From: Planctomycetota bacterium
GTDB taxonomy: Bacteria > Planctomycetota > Brocadiia > JAADGH01
DNA: 64,000 nucleotides
Assembly: GCA_040755855.1 (NCBI GenBank)
Contig: JBFMAD010000001.1
Span: 32,001 to 96,000, forward strand
Direction of reading: 5' to 3'
Shown piece by piece: positions 1 to 10,266 of the stretch (the stretch's first letter is position 1; each line of letters opens with the position of its first letter). The translations under genes were made by a program, and so were the position numbers. Below the pieces are notes generated by a model. It was not told the origin of the DNA. It was given only the letters and a program-made list of their open reading frames with translations, and made no database searches.

Positions 1-308
1 AACGCCTCGGCCGTCCCGCCGGCGAAGTCCACGTCAAAGGGCAGGGCGGGCAGATAGTCTGTCGTGAACTCCTCACGAAGCTCCGCCGGCGTCTGGTCCG
101 GCGTGAGGGGATAGGCGAACCCCTGTTTCACCTCGCCGTATGAATCGAGCATCTGGACGCGCCACACGAGCTGGTCATTCTCGCGCGTCGCCTGGGCCTT
201 GACATATGACTGGGCATCCGCTTTCTCCTGCGCGGCCACAGGCGCGCCCGTCACGCCCCAGAGCAGAAACACCCCAACCACGATCATTCCAAGTCTCGCC
301 TTCCTCAT
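1..308 (-). CDS. Secreted hypothetical protein, N-terminal part (runs off the window start)
   Basis: Translated by hand: ATG at 308 preceded by GGAGGGAAAGGAG RBS. MRKARLGMIVVGVFLLWGVTGAPVAAQEK is a signal peptide; the frame is open to position 1. Confidence 0.7.
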   Translation of the reverse strand, partial: MRKARLGMIVVGVFLLWGVTGAPVAAQEKADAQSYVKAQATRENDQLVWRVQMLDSYGEVKQGFAYPLTPDQTPAELREEFTTDYLPALPFDVDFAGGTAEA

Positions 309-366
309 CGGTATCTCCTTTCCCTCCAAAATCCATGCGAATTCATCTGAGTTTGTCTGTGGTTCC

Positions 367-428
367 AATCCGCATTCCGCAATCCGAAATCCGCAATCAC
401 CGCCCCGTCACCTGTCACCTATCCCCTG
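367..428. repeat. Two adjacent heptamer tandem arrays: (AATCCGC)x~4.5 at 367-398 and (TCACCTG)x3 at 408-428
   Basis: aatccgc attccgc aatccga aatccgc aatc, then tcacctg tcaccta tcccctg. The second array supplies the last codons and stop of the MBL gene. Confidence 0.85.
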
Positions 429-1217
429 CATCCTCACGCACTCCCCCTGCCTGGGGACGCGGACGCTCAAATCGGAGTATTTCACATTCGCGTATTTTGT
501 GAAGGCATCCGGGTCGCCGGGGTTGCCGGCGAACATGTCCCAGTGGCCGGGGATCACCATGCGCGGCATGAGCGCCCCCGCTAAGTCCACGGCCTCCTGA
601 TACGTCATGTTCCCGATGCACCCGCGCCCCAGGCGCTCGGCGTCGCGCCCGTTGATGGGGAGGCAGAGCAGGTCGAACCGCCACGCCCTCAGCTTGCCCT
701 CCAGCCCCTCGTACTTGCACGAGTCGCCGGAGTGGTAGAACGTGAACCCGCCGACCTCGAAGACGAACCCGAGGTAGGGATGCCGCCCCGTGTCCGGGTC
801 CACGTCGAGGAACTCGTGGGCCGACGCGACGCCCGTGATCCGCGCCCCGTCGATCTCGACCGACGCCCCGTCGTCTAAGCCGACGAAGCGGTCTATGGGA
901 ATGTCCATCTCCTCGGCGAGATGCTTGCGGAGCAGGTCCGGCACGACGAACTTCGCCCCCGGCGACGCCTTGGCCAGCGCGGGCCAGGCGGGGCGGTCAA
1001 TATGGTCGCTGTGGTCGTGGCTGCCGGTGATGATCGTCGCGTTCGTCACGTCCTCCGGCTTGAAAAACGGCGCCACCTGCCGGCGCGGATTGGGGCTGAG
1101 GTAGGGGTCGAGGTAGATGACGTGATCCCCGGCCTTCACGATAAAACTCATCTGCCCCAGCCACCACACCGCCATCTCGCCGGGACCGACTTCACACTTG
1201 TTGATTTCCTGGATCAT
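408..1217 (-). CDS. MBL-fold metallo-hydrolase (UlaG/L-ascorbate-6-phosphate lactonase-like)
   Basis: WWLGQ..F start, SHDHSDH (HxHxDH), YHSGDS, LPINGRD...GNM and PGHWDMF motifs. Confidence 0.85.
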   Translation of the reverse strand: MIQEINKCEVGPGEMAVWWLGQMSFIVKAGDHVIYLDPYLSPNPRRQVAPFFKPEDVTNATIITGSHDHSDHIDRPAWPALAKASPGAKFVVPDLLRKHLAEEMDIPIDRFVGLDDGASVEIDGARITGVASAHEFLDVDPDTGRHPYLGFVFEVGGFTFYHSGDSCKYEGLEGKLRAWRFDLLCLPINGRDAERLGRGCIGNMTYQEAVDLAGALMPRMVIPGHWDMFAGNPGDPDAFTKYANVKYSDLSVRVPRQGECVRMQGIGDR

Positions 1218-1435
1218 GGTTTGCCCTTCATCATCGCGTGGGTTGGTTTGTCTGACTCCTCAATTTTGTCCGATAGCGGGACAAGAATCAAGTCCCGGCT
1301 GCGAAAGGGAAACTTCGCCATCCCCCGCGGATAATCTCTGGCAACGGACAGCGGAATCGGGTAGGATAATGACCCGTCGCGGCGAGACACAACGGTTGCC
1401 GAAAGAATAGGGTTCCAGATAGGAAAGGACCTGAG

Positions 1436-4400
1436 ATGCGCACGCTACGAATCGCATGGCTTTGCCTGGTTCCCGTGTCGCTCACGTGGGGACTTGACGG
1501 GCCGATCACGACGCTCAAGCCGCTCCACCGCGAAACCCCCGTCGTCCTCGACGGCAAGGCCCAGGCGGTGATCCTCGTCCCCAACACGGACGTCGGACGG
1601 CAGGCCGGACGGATCATCGCCGAGCGAGTAAGGGCCGTCAGCAGCGTTGACCTGCCCGTCACAAGCGACCCCGCCCAGGCCGACCTGAAAACCTTGAACG
1701 TCATCGCCCTCGGCAACCTCCTTGACAATCCGGTGATTGAGCGTCTCTATTGGAACAGGTATTCGTTTGCGGACAAGCTCTATCCCGGTCCGGCGAAATT
1801 CACTCTCCGCAGCGTCTGCAATCCCTACCCCTATGCCTCCGGGAAGAACGCCTTTCTCGTCGAGGCGTCAGACGACGAGGGTATGCTGGCCGGGGCAGAG
1901 GAACTGGCCAGGCGAATCGCCGCGGGAAAGGACGTCGTCCTGCCCTGGACACTCTACCACAGCGCATACACCCCGCCCACGCCGGAAAAGCGCGCCGAGC
2001 TGCGCAAGGACTTAAAACTCTCCACGGAATTCCGCGGCTTCCACGCGGCCGTGCAGCGCTACCTCCGCACCCCCGACCCGACTCAACTCGACATGGCCAA
2101 ACTCGCTCTCGATGCGATGTGCCGGACCTACGAGGAGGACCCCAAGCACCATCTGACCTGGCCGGACGAGACGACCTCCGAATGGATCATGCCCTCATGG
2201 GACGCCGTCGAGGAATCGGACGAATTCTCCGACGCGGAGCGCCTGCGTTACACGAATCTCCTGCTTCTTCAGCTTCGCTCCCAACCGCAGCATATCTTTG
2301 AATACAAGAAGTTGGAGGAGGCGACCTCCATCACCTGGAACCACATCACGTTCCCGCTGATGGGCCTCTACTTCTCGGCGCGTTACTTCCGCGCATACTA
2401 TCCCGATGTGGACCGCGATGAGATCGCACTGTATTTCAAGAAGATCGAGACCTGCTTCAAAGGCCAGGAGACTTGCTGGAAGGCCCGCGAGGACTCGGCG
2501 GGTTATGTGGACATCACACCGCGTCACATGATGATGTGGTCCCTGGCCGAGAACCGCCGCACGTGGTTCGAGAAGGGCTTTCCCCTGCGCTTGGCCCAGC
2601 ACCTCATGGCCTGCGGCGACCCGATGGGCTATACGGCCGGCCACGGCGACCATCCAATCGCCCGATCTCCGTCCGACGAGCGGGAGGCCCTGCCGCTCTG
2701 CTTCTACCTCAGCCGCGACGCGCGTCTCCTCTGGCGGCTCAACCAACTCTACGACGGCGCATGGCCGAATCCCTACTGGCAGGACGTGGCGCCCACGCCG
2801 CCCACGGAGATGGTCGGCCTCTACATTGACCCGATGCACCCGGAATACTATCGCTGGTCGGACAATCTGAGCGTCTATGGCACGGCCGCCGCCCCGCACA
2901 ACGTGCCTCTCGAGAAGTCCTTCGACAAGCTGACCATGCGCAACGGCCTCACGCCCGAGTCGCAATACCTCGTTCTCGACGGCTTCGGACGCGGATTCCA
3001 TCTGCACTACGATACCAACATGATCATCAAATACACATACGCGAACGAGGTGCTCCTCATGGATCACGACTACCTCGTCCGCAACACCACCGAGCACAAC
3101 GGCCTGAGCGTGGTGCGCAACGGACGCGCCGAGGCGCTCATCCCCACGCTGGCCGCGTTGGAGGCGATGGCGAACCTGCCGGGATGCCTCATGGCGCGCA
3201 CCTCGGTTCGTGACTACAACGGCATTGACTGGCATCGCACAATCCTGATGGTCAAGGGCGGGCCGGTCGCCGTCCTTGATGAGGCCGCCGCCAAGCAGCC
3301 CGGCAACTACACCCTCTGGTGCGTCTGGAAAACGCTCGACGAGGACAAGGAGGAGATCACGGACTCGCAGACCTACCGACTCTTCCGCCCCGGCTGCGAG
3401 CGCCTTCAGAACCCCTATTTTACCTTTGCGAAATTGCCGGAGGCGCGCGGCGGCGAGGCGCTCGTCTTCGACAAGAAACAGGCGGCGCGGTCCTTCGAGG
3501 TCAACCTGCCCCGCGGAACATACAGCATGACGCTGCGCGCGTACGCCACCACGGGCGGGAACGACTCGCTCTGGGTGAAACTCGACGACCAGGAGAAGGC
3601 CCTCGCCTTTCACGTCCCCAAGGACGCCTTCGGGGAGGCGAAGGGGACGTGGGACCTGACGGAACCCGCGCCGAAAATTGACGTGCCCAAGAACGGGACG
3701 CATCGCTTTCACCTCTCCCTGCGCGAAGGTCCGGGTCTGGTCCTCGACACAATCCAGATCGCCGACGCGGCGGGCAAGATGATCTTCGACCAGCGCGCCC
3801 TGGACATTGTCGCGCCGAAGGGCGAACGAGTCCGCATCCCGGACCACCGTTTCTACGTCGTCAACACCGGCGGCTCGGCGCTTCAACTCTCCCCTTGGGT
3901 CAACGCCAATCGCGAGGCGGTAAAGCGGCTGCGACAGATTGCCAACGTAAAGCTCGACCCGGCGCAGAGTTATGTCTATCAGAATCTCCTGGCGAGTACC
4001 TTCGACAAGCCGGACGCCCCGCAGGTCAAACGCCTAAGCGATCGCGCATTCGCGGCGAGAATAGGCGAGGAAGACTTCCTATTCGGCATCGGTGACCCGG
4101 AGAAACCGGAGGCATACGGCCCGCTGAGTGTCGTGGCGCGTGCGTTTGTCTTGTCCAAGGACAAACTGTGGCTGATGGATGGACGCGAGGTCAACTTTGG
4201 CGGAAAGTCCATCTTCCGATCCGACCAGCCGGAGGACAAGGAGATCGAGTGGAAGGAGGCGCCGGCGGCGGAAATCGTCGGCGCGTTTGCGCCGGCTCCG
4301 TCCCTCTCAGCGGCCGGGCCCGCGCCGGACGCGGGGCAGGTGCGCGAGGCGTGGTACTTCAAACCCGATGTCGAACTCTACCGCGAAGGCCCGGAGTTCC

Positions 4401-5455
4401 TGGAGACCGCCGACCTGAACGGCGATGGGCGCGACGAGATTTTTTACGGGGTGGGTAATACAATGATTGTGCTCGACGCGGCAGGCAAGGAACTGTGGCG
4501 CTTCGCCGCCACGGATCGCGTCCGCTCGTGTGCCGTGGCCGACCTCAACAAGGACGGGAAGCCGGAGGTCCTTGTCGGCTCGAACGACGAGCACGTTCAC
4601 GTCCTCGATGCAACTGGCGCGGAGATTCGCTCGTGGAAGTGCGCGGTTGAACTCATCTCCGGCCAGGGGCATGGGCGTTACCCCTACGTCCAGGCGCTGG
4701 CCGTCAGCGATATCAACGGCGATGGGAACGTCGAGGTCTTGGCGGGCACGTGCAACTGCTGGCTGATTGCCTACACCACTGACGGCAACGAACTATGGAA
4801 GGACAGCGGCCAATACCACGGCGTGCGCCGGATCATCGTCGCCGACATCAACAATGACCAAAAACCGGAAATCCTCTCGGCCAATCGCTACGGGGGGATT
4901 CGCATCTATGACGGCGCAGGCAAGCGCGTCTGGGGGACGACCTCCGAGCTGGGCGACGTGAGCATGGCCCTGGGGCGGACCAAACCCGGCCCCCTGCCGA
5001 CCGTGGTGAACGGTTCCTCCACCGGCGTCCTGACGGCCAAGCGTCATGGAGAGAAGGACAACGACTTTACGTTCAACAACTACGGCTTTGGCGTGAACGA
5101 AGTCGTGTGCGCCGATGTGAACCGAGATGGGCTCGATGAGGCGCTGGTCGCATCGGAAACGGGGTATGTTTACTGCCTCAATGGGCGGGGCGAGGAGGTC
5201 TGGCGGGCGGCGATGGGGTCCGTCGTGCGCGATGTGGCGGCGGGCGATATGGACGGCGACGGCGGGCCGGAGGTCCTTTGCGGGATCGAGGACGGCTCGA
5301 CGCATGTCCTGTCAGGCGGCGGGGCGTCGAGGGGGGGCGTGTCGGGGGATTCCCCCGTGGCGCGTGTGGCGACCTGCCGAAAGGGGGATGGGATCATGGG
5401 CCTGGCGGCCGGGCGCAACGGGGTCCTGAAGACCATTGTATTTACAGGAAAATAG
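1436..5455 (+). CDS. Large secreted modular protein: heparinase II/III-like polysaccharide lyase-type core, inserted CBM-like domain, C-terminal FG-GAP/PQQ beta-propeller
   Basis: Signal peptide, WNH in a helical region, GFHLHYDTN and EHNGLSV (heparinase II/III-like), repeated ADLNGDGRDEI/DINGDGNVEV FG-GAP motifs. Confidence 0.65.
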   Translation: MRTLRIAWLCLVPVSLTWGLDGPITTLKPLHRETPVVLDGKAQAVILVPNTDVGRQAGRIIAERVRAVSSVDLPVTSDPAQADLKTLNVIALGNLLDNPVIERLYWNRYSFADKLYPGPAKFTLRSVCNPYPYASGKNAFLVEASDDEGMLAGAEELARRIAAGKDVVLPWTLYHSAYTPPTPEKRAELRKDLKLSTEFRGFHAAVQRYLRTPDPTQLDMAKLALDAMCRTYEEDPKHHLTWPDETTSEWIMPSWDAVEESDEFSDAERLRYTNLLLLQLRSQPQHIFEYKKLEEATSITWNHITFPLMGLYFSARYFRAYYPDVDRDEIALYFKKIETCFKGQETCWKAREDSAGYVDITPRHMMMWSLAENRRTWFEKGFPLRLAQHLMACGDPMGYTAGHGDHPIARSPSDEREALPLCFYLSRDARLLWRLNQLYDGAWPNPYWQDVAPTPPTEMVGLYIDPMHPEYYRWSDNLSVYGTAAAPHNVPLEKSFDKLTMRNGLTPESQYLVLDGFGRGFHLHYDTNMIIKYTYANEVLLMDHDYLVRNTTEHNGLSVVRNGRAEALIPTLAALEAMANLPGCLMARTSVRDYNGIDWHRTILMVKGGPVAVLDEAAAKQPGNYTLWCVWKTLDEDKEEITDSQTYRLFRPGCERLQNPYFTFAKLPEARGGEALVFDKKQAARSFEVNLPRGTYSMTLRAYATTGGNDSLWVKLDDQEKALAFHVPKDAFGEAKGTWDLTEPAPKIDVPKNGTHRFHLSLREGPGLVLDTIQIADAAGKMIFDQRALDIVAPKGERVRIPDHRFYVVNTGGSALQLSPWVNANREAVKRLRQIANVKLDPAQSYVYQNLLASTFDKPDAPQVKRLSDRAFAARIGEEDFLFGIGDPEKPEAYGPLSVVARAFVLSKDKLWLMDGREVNFGGKSIFRSDQPEDKEIEWKEAPAAEIVGAFAPAPSLSAAGPAPDAGQVREAWYFKPDVELYREGPEFLETADLNGDGRDEIFYGVGNTMIVLDAAGKELWRFAATDRVRSCAVADLNKDGKPEVLVGSNDEHVHVLDATGAEIRSWKCAVELISGQGHGRYPYVQALAVSDINGDGNVEVLAGTCNCWLIAYTTDGNELWKDSGQYHGVRRIIVADINNDQKPEILSANRYGGIRIYDGAGKRVWGTTSELGDVSMALGRTKPGPLPTVVNGSSTGVLTAKRHGEKDNDFTFNNYGFGVNEVVCADVNRDGLDEALVASETGYVYCLNGRGEEVWRAAMGSVVRDVAAGDMDGDGGPEVLCGIEDGSTHVLSGGGASRGGVSGDSPVARVATCRKGDGIMGLAAGRNGVLKTIVFTGK

Positions 5456-5464
5456 GGAGTATCC

Positions 5465-6157
5465 ATGTCTGACGAACCGACAGAACCCAAGGCGCCATCG
5501 GGTCGCTTCGGGGCGAGTATCCGAACCCGATTGCTCTCGGGGATCGTGGTCATTGTCCCCCTGGGCATCACCGTGCTCATCCTGCGATTCCTCTTCCTGG
5601 TGACGGCGGGGTACTTGACGCCGGTCATTCAGCATGCCTTCGGGCCGCTGCCGGCGTTCTATGTGGCGGCGATCTCGGTGGTCGTGCTGCTGGCGCTGCT
5701 GTATCTGGTGGGGTTTGTGGCGACGCATATGGTGGGGAGGCGGTTGATCGGCCTGGGAGAGGCGATCCTGCTGCGCATCCCGCTTGTCAAGATCATCTAT
5801 TCCGCCGCCAAACAGGCCATCGAGGTGCTCGCCACCCCGAGCGGCGCGGCCTTCAAGGCCGTTGTGATGGTGGAGTTCCCCCGGCCGGGATTGAAGGCCA
5901 TGGGATTCATCACAGGCGCGATCACGTTCCCCGACGGACGGCGGCTCTACAAGGTCTTCATCCCCACCACACCCAACCCCACCACCGGCTTTCTGCAGTT
6001 CATCCCGCCGGACGAGGTGATGGAGACGACCATGTCGGTGGAGGAGGGCATCAAGATGCTCGTCTCCGGCGGGATTCTCTCGCCGGATCGGCTGACCCAG
6101 CGCCCGACGGTCCCCGCTCGCCCCGCGCCCATCCGTGAGGATCTCGCCGCAAAATAA
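5465..6157 (+). CDS. DUF502 family membrane protein
   Basis: GIVVIVPLGIT, RIPLVKIIYSAAKQ, VEFPRPG, VFIPTTPNPTTGF, MSVEEGIKMLVSGG signature. Confidence 0.9.
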   Translation: MSDEPTEPKAPSGRFGASIRTRLLSGIVVIVPLGITVLILRFLFLVTAGYLTPVIQHAFGPLPAFYVAAISVVVLLALLYLVGFVATHMVGRRLIGLGEAILLRIPLVKIIYSAAKQAIEVLATPSGAAFKAVVMVEFPRPGLKAMGFITGAITFPDGRRLYKVFIPTTPNPTTGFLQFIPPDEVMETTMSVEEGIKMLVSGGILSPDRLTQRPTVPARPAPIREDLAAK

Positions 6158-6181
6158 ATTCAAACGCAAGGAGACACGGCG

Positions 6182-9139
6182 ATGAGGTTGCCGGGAATCG
6201 CGATGATTGTCGTCATCTTATGCCTTGCCCCCGTGTGGGCGCTGGAAGAGGCCGACGTGCTCTTCTTCGCCCCATTCGAGGATTCGTCCTCTGCGCAATT
6301 CTCATCGGGGCGCGGCCAGGCCCAAGTGACGGGGGGCCCCCAGTTCGGCCCGGGCCGGCGGGGCAAGGCGGTCGCGCTCGACGCCGACTCCCTCCTGACC
6401 TACGCCTTCCACGGCAACGTCCTGCCCGACGAGGGCGCGATCATGATGTGGATCAAGCCGGAGTGGCGGTCGGACGACGACAAGTTCCACCACATCTTCC
6501 GCGCCTCCACCGGCAACTTCGGCGGTAAGGCCCTCAACGCCATCATGCTCTACAAGTACATCAACAAGGACCGCCTCATGTTCTATACGTCCAACGGCCA
6601 GGAAAACGCCCCGCACGAGGGGCGAACCATCGCCGTGCGCGACGACCTGGCCCTGCCGGCCGGGGAGTGGGTGCATCTGGCGGCCACATGGAGCGCAACC
6701 CTCGCCAACACGGAGATGTATCTCTACCTCAACGGTGAGCGCGTCAGCGCCGCAGGGGGAGCGGTCTTCGTGCCGGACCGAGAACCCGAGACCTTTGCCA
6801 TCGGCGGCCCCGCCGGTTCGGGCGCGACATGGTTCGATGACGTAATCGTCTTCCAGCGCCCGTTGATGGCGCGGGAGGTGCGGCAGATATTCGAGAGCTA
6901 CGGCTCAAAGGCAGTCCCCGAACCGACTGACCTCCCCTTCGCATCCAAGGCCGAATTGCTGCTGCGCCCCTATGTGCTCTTTGGGCGAAATGAGCTGGTC
7001 GTGGAGGTGGACTTCCGCGGGGCGCGCCGCGATCTCGGAAAGGAACCGGGCCAGGTCGAGGTGGCCCTTTCGAGCGACGGCAAGGAGATGAAGGCGCAGG
7101 CCCCCGCGGGCGCGGACGGTGTGGCGCGTGTCACCTTCGACTATATAAAATTCCCGACCGGGCCGAGCAAGGTAGCGGCGGCGCTCCGCCGTCGTGACGG
7201 CTCGACTGTCCGAAAGGGGGAAATCACCTATACAGTCCCCGCAAGGCCCGTCTGGCTCGGAAACGACCTCGGCAAGGCCGAGAAGGTCCTGCCGCCCTGG
7301 ACGCCGCTTCGCGTCAACGGCGACGCGGTCGAGATGTGGGGGAGGGAGTACACGTGCAAGGGATCGCCGCTTCCGAGCCAAGTCGTCACGCAGGAACAAT
7401 CCTTGCTCCGGGAACCGATCCGGATGACCGTCCGGGCCGGAGGAAAGTCCGCGTCCCTCCAGGCCGCCCCTGCCGGCGCGTGGGAAGGGGGCGATGCCGC
7501 CGTGACGCGCCAGTGGGCAAGCGCGTTCGGTCCGTTGCAGTGCAAGACCGCAAGCCGCATTGAATTCGACGGCTTCATGCGCCTCGACATGGAACTGACG
7601 TCGACCGCGCCCAAAGCCGTTGACGAATTGGTCTTGACCGTCCCGCTTCGGCCCGAGGCGGCTACGCTCTACCATCACGCCAACGGCGAATGGACCGACC
7701 TCTCCGACGCAGGAGCCGTCGGCCCGGCGGGATGGAGCAAGGCCCTGGCGTTCGTCCCCTACGTCTGGATCGGGACGGAGAAGGGCGGACTGGCCTGGTT
7801 CTGCGAACACAAGCAGAACTGGAGCAACGCCGATGCGAATAAGGCCGTCGAGATCGCGCACACACAAGAGGGCGTTGACCTGCGCGTTCGCTTTATTGAC
7901 CGTGAGACAAAGCTCGGCGAACCCATGCGTCTCACGTTCGGCTTCATGGCCACCCCCGTCAAGCCTATGCCGACGGGTTGGCGCGACTGGCGGGAGATGT
8001 CCATCAGTGCCATCCACTTGGAGGGATTCTGCAAGCAGGGCTGGGCCGCGCCGGGCTGCCGGAACATCGGTCACCTGTGGAACAACCATGTCGGGACCTT
8101 CAGTTACCTTCCGGCAAACCCGGCGGAGATGCGCGGGAAGGTGCAGCTCCTCCGCGACAACGGATGGGACGCGGTGCTCTCCTACTTCGCCCTCAATTAC
8201 ACCCAGGTCGGCACCCCCGACTTTCAGATCATGGAGCGGGAGTGGCGGCGCAATCCGTACACCGAGTCCTCGGCGACCAAAGACATCAGCTATGCCAGCG
8301 CCTGCAACGCGAGCACGTGGGCGGATTTCCTCGTCTGGGCAATCGCCAAGACGATGGATGAGACAGGAACCGACGGGCCTTACCTGGACTGCTCGAACCC
8401 GAACTTCTGCCGGAGCGCGGAGCATGGCTGCGCGCCGGGTCGGTATCCCCTGTTCGCCACCCGCGACATCCAGAAGCGGATCTACGCCATGGTCAGGGAA
8501 AAGCGAGGCGAGCGCGGGTTCGTTTACAGCCACATCTCCGAGAACAACATCATGACGACCTTTTCATTCAGCGATGCGGTGCTCAACGGCGAACAGTACA
8601 ACCGCAAAGACCTGCGAAGCCTCACGCTGGACAAATTCCGGGCGGAGCTCAGCCCCCAGCCCTACGGCGTGCCGGCGTTTCTCCTGCCGACGCTCGTCAA
8701 GTTTCAGCCGGACAAGAAGGAGAAGATGCCCGGGGCGGAGTTCCTCGCCTTCCCGTTGCTGCACGACGTGATCTGTGTGCACGCCTGGCTGGGCCGGGAA
8801 TCTCAACTGCTGAACAAGAAGATTCAAGGCATCCTGCACGACTTCGGCGTGGCGGACGCGGAGTTCCTGCCTTATTGGGACAATGGCAAGGAGATTGCTG
8901 TTTCGCCCGGCGGGGCGACCGTGAGCGCGTATCTGCGCAAGGATGGAAAGGCGGCGCTGCTCATCGCGCAGGGGGCGGGCGAGTTCCGGATCGCGCTGAA
9001 CGGGCGTTTAGCGGCCCTGCGGGACCAGCCCGCTCGCGATGCCTTGACGGACGAGCCGCTCCGATGGGAGAAGGGAAAGTTGCTCTGGTCCCTCCCTGAC
9101 CGAAAGGTCCAACTGGCCATCGTATCGGCGGCAAAATAG
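6182..9139 (+). CDS. Secreted LamG/concanavalin-like domain plus putative glycoside hydrolase (DUF6067-like)
   Basis: Signal peptide, EGAIMMWIKP..WVHLAATW..LYLNG (LamG), VLPPWTPL, IEFDGFM, FGFMATPVKP, DGPYLD, FLPYW. Confidence 0.65.
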   Translation: MRLPGIAMIVVILCLAPVWALEEADVLFFAPFEDSSSAQFSSGRGQAQVTGGPQFGPGRRGKAVALDADSLLTYAFHGNVLPDEGAIMMWIKPEWRSDDDKFHHIFRASTGNFGGKALNAIMLYKYINKDRLMFYTSNGQENAPHEGRTIAVRDDLALPAGEWVHLAATWSATLANTEMYLYLNGERVSAAGGAVFVPDREPETFAIGGPAGSGATWFDDVIVFQRPLMAREVRQIFESYGSKAVPEPTDLPFASKAELLLRPYVLFGRNELVVEVDFRGARRDLGKEPGQVEVALSSDGKEMKAQAPAGADGVARVTFDYIKFPTGPSKVAAALRRRDGSTVRKGEITYTVPARPVWLGNDLGKAEKVLPPWTPLRVNGDAVEMWGREYTCKGSPLPSQVVTQEQSLLREPIRMTVRAGGKSASLQAAPAGAWEGGDAAVTRQWASAFGPLQCKTASRIEFDGFMRLDMELTSTAPKAVDELVLTVPLRPEAATLYHHANGEWTDLSDAGAVGPAGWSKALAFVPYVWIGTEKGGLAWFCEHKQNWSNADANKAVEIAHTQEGVDLRVRFIDRETKLGEPMRLTFGFMATPVKPMPTGWRDWREMSISAIHLEGFCKQGWAAPGCRNIGHLWNNHVGTFSYLPANPAEMRGKVQLLRDNGWDAVLSYFALNYTQVGTPDFQIMEREWRRNPYTESSATKDISYASACNASTWADFLVWAIAKTMDETGTDGPYLDCSNPNFCRSAEHGCAPGRYPLFATRDIQKRIYAMVREKRGERGFVYSHISENNIMTTFSFSDAVLNGEQYNRKDLRSLTLDKFRAELSPQPYGVPAFLLPTLVKFQPDKKEKMPGAEFLAFPLLHDVICVHAWLGRESQLLNKKIQGILHDFGVADAEFLPYWDNGKEIAVSPGGATVSAYLRKDGKAALLIAQGAGEFRIALNGRLAALRDQPARDALTDEPLRWEKGKLLWSLPDRKVQLAIVSAAK

Positions 9140-9141
9140 AA

Positions 9142-10260
9142 GTGCCGAGTATGGGTATTTGTTCTATTCCAACACTCGCAGGTCTCGCAAGCGCGGCGAT
9201 CTTGCTGGCAATGCAGGGCAGGTCGCTCGCGGATGGGCGGCGCACCGAGGTTTCTATTCAGGGCGAGCAGTTTTGGATTAATGGACGCCCTACCTGCAAA
9301 GGGCGAACATGGAACGGCCATCGCATCGAAGGTCTGTTGTTTAACGCTCGGCTCGTTCAATGTATTTTCGACGACCTGAACCCGGAGACACGCGGCTTGT
9401 GGGCCTATTCCGATACAGGCGTTTGGGACGCGGAGCGCAACACCCGCGAGTTCATCGCGGCCATGCCGGAGTGGCGGCGGTGCGGGCTGCTTGCGTTCAC
9501 GCTCAATCTTCAGGGCGGGAGTCCCCAGGGGTATTCCAAGGAACAGCCGTGGCACAATTCGGCGCTGACGCCCGATGGCGACCTGCGCCCGGATTACATG
9601 GCGCGCCTGGAACGCATCCTGAACCGCGCCGACGAACTCGGCATGGCGGTCATCCTGGGCGTCTTTTACTTCGGCCAGGACGAACGGCTCAAGGATGAGG
9701 CCGCCGTCGTTCGCGCCGTGGACAACACCCTCGATTGGCTCTTCGACCGCGGCTACCGCAATGTGCTGATCGAGATCAACAACGAGTGCAACGTCAGGAA
9801 ATACGAGCACGAGATTCTGAAGCCCGACCGCGTCCATGAGTTGATCGAGCGGGCCAAGGTCCGGCAGCGCAACGGGCGGCGCTTCCTGGTCAGCACGAGC
9901 TATGGGGGGCGGGCGGTCCCCCGACCCAACGTCGTCCGCTGCGCGGATTTCCTTTTGCTTCACGGCAACGGGGTAAGCGACCCGCAGGGGATTGCCAAAA
10001 TGGTGCAGGAGACGCGGCGCGTCGAGGGCTACCGGCCCATGCCGATTATCTTCAACGAGGATGATCACTACGACTTCGACAAGCCGCTGAACAATATGCT
10101 GGCGGCCGTAGGCGAGTACGCCTCCTGGGGATTTTTCGATTTCCGTCGAAAGGGCGAAGGCTTTGAAGAGGGATTCCAGTCGGTTCCTGTGGACTGGGGC
10201 GTCCGGTCGGCGCGGAAGCGGGGATTTTTCGCAAGAGTCAAAGAGATTACCGGAGAGTAA
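9142..10260 (+). CDS. Putative clan GH-A TIM-barrel glycoside hydrolase (start codon uncertain)
   Basis: FWINGRPT, RADELGMAVIL, EINNEC (acid/base-like) and IFNEDD (nucleophile-like) motifs. Confidence 0.6.
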   Translation: MPSMGICSIPTLAGLASAAILLAMQGRSLADGRRTEVSIQGEQFWINGRPTCKGRTWNGHRIEGLLFNARLVQCIFDDLNPETRGLWAYSDTGVWDAERNTREFIAAMPEWRRCGLLAFTLNLQGGSPQGYSKEQPWHNSALTPDGDLRPDYMARLERILNRADELGMAVILGVFYFGQDERLKDEAAVVRAVDNTLDWLFDRGYRNVLIEINNECNVRKYEHEILKPDRVHELIERAKVRQRNGRRFLVSTSYGGRAVPRPNVVRCADFLLLHGNGVSDPQGIAKMVQETRRVEGYRPMPIIFNEDDHYDFDKPLNNMLAAVGEYASWGFFDFRRKGEGFEEGFQSVPVDWGVRSARKRGFFARVKEITGE

Positions 10261-10266
10261 GATCGC

